A stretch of DNA of 64,000 bases from a virus. A model generated the notes under the pieces. It saw only the letters and a list, made by a program, of their open reading frames with translations, did not search any database and was not told the origin of the DNA. The first letter of the stretch is position 1. The number at the start of each line of letters is the position of its first letter. The translations under genes and the position numbers were made by a program. Shown here one piece after another: positions 39,666 to 47,275 of the stretch. The stretch lies in the IMG/VR virus record IMGVR_UViG_3300020159_001897, positions 2,399 through 66,398 of that record, one strand, 5' to 3'.

Positions 39666-39678
39666 CTGGGCCCGCGCG

Positions 39679-40020
39679 TCAGCAGTCCTCGTGCACCTCT
39701 CCGCCGTCTGTAATGCGCAGTACGCAGCCCTGGTGGCTTGTGAGGAATATCTGTTGCCCGATTTGCAGGTTGGTTCCGTAGGTCTCTACATTGTCGTCTA
39801 CGGCTACTTCCAGCGCACCTGTGCAGTTTGCCATCACGAGGTCGTAGATAGTGTCGCCCTCTTGCACGATATGTGGCGCAGGGTCGCAGGCGTACTGTGT
39901 CATTCGGTCATAAAAGTCGTTCCAAATGAGCAGGATAAGTGTCGTAAAGAATACCACTATGAGTGCTGTTACTAACCACTCTCGGCGTTCTAGTTGTGTT
40001 GTGTTCATTGTGTTCCTCAT
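39679..40020 (-). CDS. Membrane-anchored LysM-domain protein
   Basis: TM segment, then HIVQEGDTIYDLV...NLQIGQQIFL; leaderless start after TATAAT. Confidence 0.75.
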   Translation of the reverse strand: MRNTMNTTQLERREWLVTALIVVFFTTLILLIWNDFYDRMTQYACDPAPHIVQEGDTIYDLVMANCTGALEVAVDDNVETYGTNLQIGQQIFLTSHQGCVLRITDGGEVHEDC

Positions 40021-40032
40021 ATATATATTATA

Positions 40033-40446
40033 TCACATAATGTCTGATATTGCAACTGTTTCCCATTGCATTGTTTGTTTATTTACTATTTTTATTTTGT
40101 CTTGCTCGCTCGCGCTATCCCAACTGAACTCACAGCACGGAGTATCGCCCTCGCACGGGTGAAACCCAAAGCCTAGCGGGTTGCTTGCCACCTCTCCAAG
40201 CGAGATACCTAAACCCTTGAGCATTGACGGAAACTGACGGAATAGCGACACAGAGCAGTCGTGGCAGAACACCACACGCTCTCCTGAAGGCTTGTCCTCG
40301 TCCAGCGGAAGGTTGTCAATGAACCCTCCGTAGTACCCGAAGGTGAGAGGGAATATCTCTAGCCCGTTGTCGGGGTATCCCTCGCCCTGAAGGCGCTGTG
40401 ACGGAACCTGCTTGTTGCAGTTGTCGCATTTGGTTGTTGTTGTCAT
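40033..40446 (-). CDS. Cys-rich (Zn-binding) hypothetical protein
   Basis: CDNC, GYYGGF.D, FCHDC and HPC...CC motifs. Confidence 0.7.
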   Translation of the reverse strand: MTTTTKCDNCNKQVPSQRLQGEGYPDNGLEIFPLTFGYYGGFIDNLPLDEDKPSGERVVFCHDCSVSLFRQFPSMLKGLGISLGEVASNPLGFGFHPCEGDTPCCEFSWDSASEQDKIKIVNKQTMQWETVAISDIM

Positions 40447-40521
40447 AAATAAAAATGTCCCCTCTCCGCCCTTCGGCGGGTTAGTTGCCCGCGGGCGCTT
40501 CTCGTCCCGCGGGCTACTCCT

Positions 40522-40701
40522 TTACCGTCCCTCAATTACTCGTGGAACTTCTGCACCACAAGCCCACTCGGCGATACGACCCCACGGACGGCAGTCGCAG
40601 TGAATGCAACGGGCTTCCTCGTAGTCGTACTGGTGGCTATCTCGGTTTGCTATGCGCTGTTCTTGCGAGCCAGCGAACAACATTGGCATATCTACCTGCA
40701 T
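40522..40701 (-). CDS. Small zinc-finger protein (59 aa)
   Basis: Manual read H...CIHCDCRPWG...C; GAAGGGA RBS; own promoter. Confidence 0.6.
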   Translation of the reverse strand: MQVDMPMLFAGSQEQRIANRDSHQYDYEEARCIHCDCRPWGRIAEWACGAEVPRVIEGR

Positions 40702-41090
40702 TGGGTTTCCCTTCGTTTGTTTGGTACTATTATATTATATCACGCTCTAGGCGGAATTGCAACCTTGCTCGTAGTAATCTGTTCCTAGATAATCTAAGGC
40801 GCAGGTGTTGCAGACCAGTTCTTTGGTATGCGGGTCTTTGTAGTCCTCGTCCTCGCCAACGCCCCACGGCGCTGTGCAGATTGAGCAGACCCTCTGCTGG
40901 CTAATCATCTAGCCAGTCGTCAAGGTCGCCCCATTCCTCAAGTGTCGGGGCTGGCTTGCGCTTGCCCTGAATGGTTGAGGCACGAAGTCTGTCTCCGTCA
41001 CGGAAGGCTTGGCGGTCTGCCTCGCCCCACGCTTTGTGGTTTTGGTTTTTCATTGTTTTTCCCATAAGTATATTATAGCACCCTTTCTTG

Positions 41091-41282
41091 CTAATTGCAA
41101 CTATTTATTTCTATTTCATTTGTCGGCAACCAGCCGAACCAGTCGGTACGCATTGAGTGAACCAGTATCCAGCCCTGCTTGTTTCCGTTCATCTCGTGCG
41201 TGAACTCAGTGCCGTTTTCCTTTACCCTGTTCCTCGTGCGCCGTGTGGCGTTGCTGTTTGCTGTAATTGTTATTGTTTCCAT
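41091..41282 (-). CDS. Small leaderless early protein
   Basis: TTGCAA-N17-TATAAT directly before the ATG; RTRNRVKENG...WFGWLP. Confidence 0.65.
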   Translation of the reverse strand: METITITANSNATRRTRNRVKENGTEFTHEMNGNKQGWILVHSMRTDWFGWLPTNEIEINSCN

Positions 41283-41352
41283 AAGTATATTATACCACAC
41301 TCTCTTACACTTTGCAACACGCCAGCAGAAGCCCGCGCGTCCCCTGTTGCCC

Positions 41353-41526
41353 TCACTCCTCGTAGTCAAGCCACCACGGTTCGTCAAACGCGCCCTCGTC
41401 GTCCATTTGGGCGTACAGTTCGGCGTTTAGCGCATTGAGTGAACGCACCTTTACGATTTCGCTTAGAGGTACTACCCTCGCGCGGAATGCTTCGGTGATG
41501 TATCTAATTGCTTGTGCTTCGGTCAT
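41353..41526 (-). CDS. Small early protein with a structured 5' leader
   Basis: GAAAGGA RBS; 58-nt three-way junction upstream. Confidence 0.6.
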   Translation of the reverse strand: MTEAQAIRYITEAFRARVVPLSEIVKVRSLNALNAELYAQMDDEGAFDEPWWLDYEE

Positions 41527-41851
41527 TTTGTTTCCTTTCATTGAGTTGGTACTAGGTGGCGCCGACGCTTACGACACTCTTACTCGGTTATCATTGCGAA
41601 CCTAGTAATACTATTATAGCATAGCCCGCGAGGCTTTGCAACCCCGCGGGCTAAGTTTTTTACCAGCCGTAACGCTCGGCGTCTTTTTCGGCTTGCACTT
41701 CCGCCTCAAACTCTCGGCGCTGAGATGCCGTTGCTGGCATTCCCCAACCCTCAAGGTAGGCGTCTTTGGCGGCGTCGTGCCCGTCGTCGCTGTCTCTGTA
41801 TCTTGGGTTCATTTTTTCTCCTTGTGTTTGTAACTTACTATTATATTATAC

Positions 41852-41893
41852 CATAGCCTGCGAGGCTTTGCAACCTCGCAGGCTAAGTTTTTT
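41852..41893 (-). repeat. 42-bp promoter-in-hairpin repeat (exact copies at 41852, 42587 and 43186)
   Basis: CATAGCCTGCGAGGCTTTGCAACCTCGCAGGCTAAGTTTTTT; on the minus strand TTGCAA-N17-TATAAT, with the -35 in the hairpin loop. Confidence 0.9.
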
Positions 41894-41896
41894 AGA

Positions 41897-42238
41897 TTAT
41901 TTCCAGCAACTCATAGAGTAGGCGACATTGCCGACCTCGTCACAATAGACGCCCGTCTGCTCTGCCTCTATGACCTCACTACCACGCTTGGCGCCGTTTG
42001 TGACCTTGCGCACTCGGCGCACTCGGTAGGTGTCGTCCCAGTCAAGGGTGACCTCTACGCTTCGACCTTGCGCTATTGGTAAGGCTACGCCGATAGGAAA
42101 ACTTCCGTATTCCTTATCGCTGTGGTCAAAGATGACCGACTTGCGCCCACCGCTAATCGCTAGGAAGTTCATCGCGCCGATTTGATGAAGTAGGGTTACT
42201 GGTGAGAGTTCCCGTCCTTCTCTTGTGATTGTTTCCAT
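41897..42238 (-). CDS. Conserved phage hypothetical protein
   Basis: L.QIG......ISG, V.L...DTY.V and VYCD motifs; GAAAGG RBS. Confidence 0.75.
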   Translation of the reverse strand: METITREGRELSPVTLLHQIGAMNFLAISGGRKSVIFDHSDKEYGSFPIGVALPIAQGRSVEVTLDWDDTYRVRRVRKVTNGAKRGSEVIEAEQTGVYCDEVGNVAYSMSCWK

Positions 42239-42365
42239 TGTTTTGCCTTTCGTATTGGGTTGGTAACTTACTAATACAAGTGTACCACTTTGTAGCACAC
42301 TTTGCAACTTCTAAAATAATTTTCTTTTGTGTTGCTTTGTGTGGGAGAGTGTGCTATACTGTATA

Positions 42366-42480
42366 TGTACACCTGAAGCGTCACCCCAACGGAAGCGGGT
42401 ACGGGTAGCGATATCCGATGCGCAGGTGCACAATGAGGAGATACAACGCGGACGGGCGGGGCGAAAGCCTCGCTCGTCCC
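42366..42480 (+). ncRNA. Candidate ~115-nt structured small RNA
   Basis: TTGCTT-N17-TATACT promoter (42332-42360); only an M-Y-T-stop ORF; three-way junction; GAAA-capped 13-bp terminal hairpin whose G-U pairs fix the strand. Confidence 0.65.
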
Positions 42481-42632
42481 ACTCAAAGCCAAACCCTGGC
42501 GCCCTCAGCCCCCGCCGAACACCTTCTCCCCTCTTTCCGTGCCCCCGCTGGCACTGCTCGTCTATTTCCTTATATATATATTATAGCATAGCCTGCGAGG
42601 CTTTGCAACCTCGCAGGCTAAGTTTTTTATAT

Positions 42633-42824
42633 TTATTTGTTTCCGTTCAGTCCTGCCATATCGACCCAAGCCTGCCACACTACCGAGGCTTGCTGTTCGT
42701 TGGCGCACCTAATCTCTAGGATTTGACTGTCTGAACTGTCACCGTCTGGGCTACTGCACCAGATTTGGACATACTTTCCACTTTGCACTACCGAGGTAGG
42801 CAACCCTTTTACTTTTGTTTGCAT
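42633..42824 (-). CDS. Hypothetical early protein
   Basis: AAGGGAG RBS; hairpin promoter. Confidence 0.7.
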   Translation of the reverse strand: MQTKVKGLPTSVVQSGKYVQIWCSSPDGDSSDSQILEIRCANEQQASVVWQAWVDMAGLNGNK

Positions 42825-42907
42825 TTTGTTCTCCCTTGTTGGTTTGTATCTTACTACTATATTATATCATAGCGGGCAGGGTTTCGCAACCCCACCCGCC
42901 AGATTTC

Positions 42908-43138
42908 TTAGACTAATTCCAGAGGAATAGTGAACTTGCTCTTTTCGTAGGCTTCGGCAAGCATACGAAGTAGCAATTCCTGCTCTGGCGTGTCACCAGT
43001 GAACATCATCTCGGATACTGTTCGGTAGCCGTCTTTCACTGTAATCGTGAGTGCTACACACTTAGAGACGGTTAGTTCCATAAGCGAGACTTCCACTCGC
43101 TCTGTATCTCGCAGGTGGTGTGTTACTTTTGTGGACAT
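42908..43138 (-). CDS. Hypothetical early protein
   Basis: GAAAGG RBS; hairpin promoter. Confidence 0.7.
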   Translation of the reverse strand: MSTKVTHHLRDTERVEVSLMELTVSKCVALTITVKDGYRTVSEMMFTGDTPEQELLLRMLAEAYEKSKFTIPLELV

Positions 43139-43226
43139 TGGTTTTGCCTTTCGTTTGTTGGGTTGTTCTTACTATTATATTATACCATAGCCTGCGAGGC
43201 TTTGCAACCTCGCAGGCTAAGTTTTT

Positions 43227-43436
43227 TTAGTCTTGGGATAGGTCTAATTCTTCTTCCCACTCGTGTCCGCACTCGTTGCAGAGGTTGGTCACCTCAACAT
43301 AGCGACCCATAACGACATCTTCGTACTGCTCTGTCGTTTCGTCACACTTCGGGCAAGTGGCTTCCCACTCGTACACCGTTGTATCGGGGAAGTCGCTTAG
43401 TCGTGTTCCCGCTGGATAGTTGTCCATATAACCCAT
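43227..43436 (-). CDS. Zinc-ribbon protein
   Basis: CPKC...CNECGHEW; GAAAGGA RBS. Confidence 0.7.
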   Translation of the reverse strand: MGYMDNYPAGTRLSDFPDTTVYEWEATCPKCDETTEQYEDVVMGRYVEVTNLCNECGHEWEEELDLSQD

Positions 43437-43647
43437 TAGATTTCCTTTCGTTAGGTTGATAATACAAGTATAGCATTTTCTAGCACGCTTTGCAACCTCT
43501 ATCGGATATTTTCTTATTTATTTTTATCCGACCCTCCGTGATATATCAGCGATAGCCTCCGCCCGCGGGGGGTAATAGGTCTTTTCCACCGTACCTATAT
43601 TGTACCCAATGGGTGTAACAGAGTTATTCTGCTACACCCATTTAGTG

Positions 43648-43911
43648 CTAAATAGTGTCTATGTAGTTTTGCGAACCGTAGCCGAACTTTTCGCTATCTA
43701 CCCACCATTCACCATCTATGGTGTTTTTGAGTATGTAGGCGAACTGTTCCTCTGTGCAGGTGCTGGCAAGTTTTTCGTACCAAGCCTCTACGAGTAACTC
43801 GTGAAGGTGGGTAGCGAACCTTGCGTCATTCTCGTCAATGGTGACAAGGAAACTTTCGCATTCCTCTTCGTCATATTTGAGAGTTAGTACCGCTTCTACT
43901 TCGTAGTCCAT
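43648..43911 (-). CDS. Acidic hypothetical protein
   Basis: GAAAGGGA RBS; TGTTAC-N10-TACAAT promoter. Confidence 0.7.
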   Translation of the reverse strand: MDYEVEAVLTLKYDEEECESFLVTIDENDARFATHLHELLVEAWYEKLASTCTEEQFAYILKNTIDGEWWVDSEKFGYGSQNYIDTI

Positions 43912-43993
43912 TGGGTTTCCCTTTCGTTGTTTGTACTTATATTGTACGGGAAGGGTGTAACAGGGTTAGCCGTTACACCCTTCCCGAACCGCT

Positions 43994-44236
43994 TTAGAAT
44001 ATCGGGGTGACTTCCCGACACTCGTAGAATGGCTTGATGGAATTGTTTAGGTAGAAACCGAAACTGTCGGTGCCAACCATTTTCTCAATGTCGCCAAACG
44101 GAACGTCTAGGTAGTCGTAAACCTTGCCCGAATGAAACTCAATGGTTAGAGTTCCCATTCCGTAGCGGTCGGCTTCGCCTTCCCACTTGACTACCCGTAC
44201 TGCTTGACTTCCGATATCTGTAATTCGGATTTTCAT
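43994..44236 (-). CDS. KTSC-domain protein
   Basis: L.IEF.SG.VY.Y..VP........S.G.Y.N..IK..Y. Confidence 0.8.
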   Translation of the reverse strand: MKIRITDIGSQAVRVVKWEGEADRYGMGTLTIEFHSGKVYDYLDVPFGDIEKMVGTDSFGFYLNNSIKPFYECREVTPIF

Positions 44237-44378
44237 TTTGTTACCTTTCTTGTTGAGTTACTAACATTGTACCCAAAGGGTGTTACAGAGTTTCTAACCC
44301 GCTAGAACCTCATATATAAATTATCCCACAGTTCGGGGTCTGTGTCAAATCAAACTGCCACATTATCTGATATTCCTC

Positions 44379-44505
44379 TGATATATCACGGCGAGGTTAC
44401 TGGCTGGTAAGCGAACACTTGTTCGCCCTCACCCTGGCCCCTCTCCGTGAGAAAATGGTAAGAATAACTAAATGATTTTATTTAGTGCGCTCCGTTTCCT
44501 CGGGC
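44379..44505 (+). promoter_or_regulatory. Island: TGATATATCA, LexA box, tripartite motif copy 3
   Basis: TGATATATCA 44379; CGAACACTTGTTCG 44412; motif at 44451. Confidence 0.8.
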
Positions 44506-44560
44506 TGGGTGGCAAGGGCGGGTAGGGAAGAAAGGAATAAGTCCCTACCCGCACCAAACT

Positions 44561-44938
44561 TTATGCGTACTCGGGTTCGTCCGCTTGCTCCACTGTCACT
44601 CGACAGCCCATCGGGCAATCGTGGTGCGATAGTCTCGCTTCGAGCGCATTGGTCTCGTCGTCGAATTCCCATCGCAGAATGAATTGACCATCCACAGACA
44701 TTGCACGCACTAAGTCTTGGGCAGTTTCGCACTTGGCAATTCCGCCGACCGTGCTATCCCATAAGCGAATGCCGCTTACCTTGAAGTACTCGGTACTCTT
44801 CAGTAATGGCTCCACCACTTGACCGAAGTCTTCAAGTGCATACTCGTAGCAAGTGCCGTCGCAGTATTCATTGTAGAACTCCACTCCGTCTTCGTCCACG
44901 CAGGCGCAGTTGGTTGTAATCTCTCCGCTTAGTTTCAT
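44561..44938 (-). CDS. Hypothetical protein with C.C...C...C and SHHD.P.G motifs
   Basis: GAGG RBS before MKLSG. Confidence 0.7.
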   Translation of the reverse strand: MKLSGEITTNCACVDEDGVEFYNEYCDGTCYEYALEDFGQVVEPLLKSTEYFKVSGIRLWDSTVGGIAKCETAQDLVRAMSVDGQFILRWEFDDETNALEARLSHHDCPMGCRVTVEQADEPEYA

Positions 44939-45099
44939 TGTGCCTCGCAGTCGTGCCCGTAAGCGTATTCCTCTGCAGGAATTTGACTGTCGCATTCTAC
45001 GCAGTGAATTGTTATGTCCATTAGTTTCTCCTTTGTTGGGTTGATATATATATTATACCACTTTGTTGGCTTACTTGCAACTTATTCCTGGATTTGTTT

Positions 45100-45195
45100 T
45101 GCGGAATAGTCGGTGGGGGCGCGAGCGAAAGGTAGCCCGCAGCCCCCACCTCTACCGCGAGCCCAGAAAGGGGGTAAGGGGCTCAAGCAAGCAGT
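45100..45195 (-). ncRNA. Candidate ~95-nt sRNA with two anti-Shine-Dalgarno-like loops
   Basis: Perfect TTGACA-N17-TATAAT (45230-45202); no ORF; hairpin loops CUUACCCCCUUUCU and UACCUUUC. Confidence 0.7.
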
Positions 45196-45272
45196 GATAT
45201 AATTATATCATTTTGTTGCTGTCTTGTCAAGGTGGGATAGAGCACTTCTCGTCTCTACCCCACCAAGATTTG

Positions 45273-45695
45273 TTAGAGGTACTGTGATACCGATTTCATT
45301 GTTGAGGCGTTCACATACTCTTGGTCTGTCATTCGCAATAAACGAAGGGCGTTGTTGATTTCCTCAACTTCGTCCTTGTAAATACGCTCGTGATAGTTGG
45401 ACTTGTTTTCAGGTTCTTTTGGAACAAGCGACTTAGGAACTTTGATGGTTACAGAGATTTCTTGCTCTGCGTCATTCTTTTGATGCCAACGCTCGTAGGT
45501 CGTTACTTCAGTTACTTTTGCCTTTGGCGACTTTGCCAACCTAAAAAGTTCATCTCTGTGCTTTGCCATTTCCTTGTCAAAGTCCACTTGTGCCTTTTCG
45601 CTGTCAGCGAACTTCTTATCGCGGATTTTGAGGGCTTCCTCAAGAGCCTTGATGACCTTAGTGGTCTGTACTTTTACTGCCATTTGCTTACTCAT
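45273..45695 (-). CDS. Conserved actinophage-type hypothetical protein
   Basis: VKV.T.KVI.ALE...EEI.NALR.L.M...E.V.AST...V..YL; AAGGAG RBS. Confidence 0.75.
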   Translation of the reverse strand: MSKQMAVKVQTTKVIKALEEALKIRDKKFADSEKAQVDFDKEMAKHRDELFRLAKSPKAKVTEVTTYERWHQKNDAEQEISVTIKVPKSLVPKEPENKSNYHERIYKDEVEEINNALRLLRMTDQEYVNASTMKSVSQYL

Positions 45696-45954
45696 TATGT
45701 TTTCTCCTTTGTTGGTTTGTTTGGTTTTTCCTTGCTATTACATTATACACTGTTGTAGCATATAAAGCAACTTCATTTACTTATTTTTTTTGCTTAGTAC
45801 CGCTAATGCGTAGCCCGCAAGTAGCCCGTGGACTACCCCGATTGCGAACCCTAAAAAGTACATAGTTGTCCCCTCTCCGCCTTGCGGTTTGTTTATCTTG
45901 CTCTTATATTATATCATAGTCGGGCAAGTCTTGCAACCTGCCCGACTAGATTTT

Positions 45955-46380
45955 TCAGACGAACAATGACTGAACTGCGTCAGCCAGACTGCCCGTTGCT
46001 TGACCTTCGTCAAAGATAGGGTTTGCCCAGTCATCTGTGAAGCGAAGTACGCTTGCTGTTTCGCCAGCCTTTGCCACTACGAGCAAGCGAACACGCCTGC
46101 GCTGTGAGTGCTGTGAAGGTGCTACGCCTGCTTCAGGGTCATCAGCGTCTGTTATTGGCGCTGCCCAACCGCTAGTGCGAACTACGACTGCGTCTGACAA
46201 CATAGCAACGGCTTGCGCCTCTACACTGTCAAGCATTTCGTACACATCACCGTGTTCTGCCACGAGCATTGTGTTTTCGCCTCGGACTGAATACAGTCCT
46301 GCTGTTTTGATTTCTGTACTCTCAATTCCGAACATATCCATATTATCTACATATTCGGCAATTTGTAATGCTGTACTCAT
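45955..46380 (-). CDS. Hypothetical early protein
   Basis: GWAAP...PSQH..RRRVRL motif; AAGGAG RBS. Confidence 0.75.
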   Translation of the reverse strand: MSTALQIAEYVDNMDMFGIESTEIKTAGLYSVRGENTMLVAEHGDVYEMLDSVEAQAVAMLSDAVVVRTSGWAAPITDADDPEAGVAPSQHSQRRRVRLLVVAKAGETASVLRFTDDWANPIFDEGQATGSLADAVQSLFV

Positions 46381-46456
46381 TTGATTATCTCCTTTGTTAG
46401 TTTGGTTTATCCTTGCCATTATATTATAGCAGGTTGTTGTATGAAACACAACCCAC

Positions 46457-46685
46457 TAAGCAATTCTCAACAGAACTCGTCAGTCCCCACATATTTACTG
46501 CCGTTGCACCAGCAGAGGGCTTCGCAGTGACTTTCTAATCCGACAGAGGTTGCTCGCGCAGGAGGGAGTGCCAAGCCCTACAGGGACTTCCTAGGAAAGT
46601 GTGAGGGGCTATCGTGCTATCGCTGGGATACAAAACTTGATGCGGTGAGAAGTATGTCCACCTATGTGTTGTCAAGAATTACTTA
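46457..46685 (-). ncRNA. Candidate ~230-nt structured ncRNA
   Basis: Own promoter (46719-46747); no ORF; 16-bp closing stem with three G-U pairs; internal hairpins. Confidence 0.65.
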
Positions 46686-46851
46686 CTGTGTTGTGTTCCT
46701 TTCATTTGGTATATATCCATTATAGCAGGTTGTATCACTAAACACAACCTCATTTGTAAATAATCGGTGGGATACTTTGGCTACAACCGACTTGGCACGC
46801 GGCCCTCTATGTTGCGCGGTTTCTCCCACCGACTACATCTATTGTATCAGA

Positions 46852-47022
46852 TTATGCCGATACCGTCAAGTCAAGACGCTTGTCGTGGATTTGTTCCGCA
46901 AGCGACTTGGCTGTCCAGCGCAACCTCTGCTGTACATCATCTTTTCCGATGAAGTCTTGCGTCCCGTTCATCTCCTCAATGATTACGAGAAGTTCTTTTA
47001 GCAATTCAATTTTTTGTTTCAT
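46852..47022 (-). CDS. Small early protein
   Basis: GAAGGA RBS before MKQKIE; own promoter. Confidence 0.6.
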   Translation of the reverse strand: MKQKIELLKELLVIIEEMNGTQDFIGKDDVQQRLRWTAKSLAEQIHDKRLDLTVSA

Positions 47023-47109
47023 TGTGTTCCTTCCGTTGTGGTTGTTCCTTACCCTATAAATTATACACCCAGTGTGCGATAATAGCAACCCTATTTTATA
47101 ATATATTGC

Positions 47110-47275
47110 TGATATATCACAGTGACCCGTGCGCCCTGGCCCCCACGCCTAAACCTAAAGTAGAGGTTGAGGGTTTATCTCAGGTAGAGGTTGAGGGTTA
47201 TATATGCCCCTCTCCGTAGAGAAAATGGTAAGAAGAACTGATTGATTTTATTTCGCGCTACCGTTTCCCTTGGGC
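47110..47275 (+). promoter_or_regulatory. Island: TGATATATCA, two tandem FtsR-like sites, tripartite motif copy 4
   Basis: TGATATATCA 47110; AAACCTAAAGTAGAGGTTGAGGGTT 47151 and a variant at 47175; motif at 47221. Confidence 0.8.

Noticed and set aside
32253-39975. Long GC-rich plus-strand ORFs (e.g. 32253..32612, 35307..35813, 35996..36478, 39373..39975)
   Set aside because: These are Pro/Arg/Ala-rich translations of spacers that cross promoters and terminators; stop codons are rare in GC-rich DNA.
41550-41607. Purine or 2'-dG riboswitch
   Set aside because: The topology is similar, but the junction core and loop-loop kissing nucleotides do not match.
46470-46490. Hammerhead ribozyme suggested by CUGACGAG on the minus strand
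   Set aside because: I could not place the required GAAA and the stem II/III geometry.
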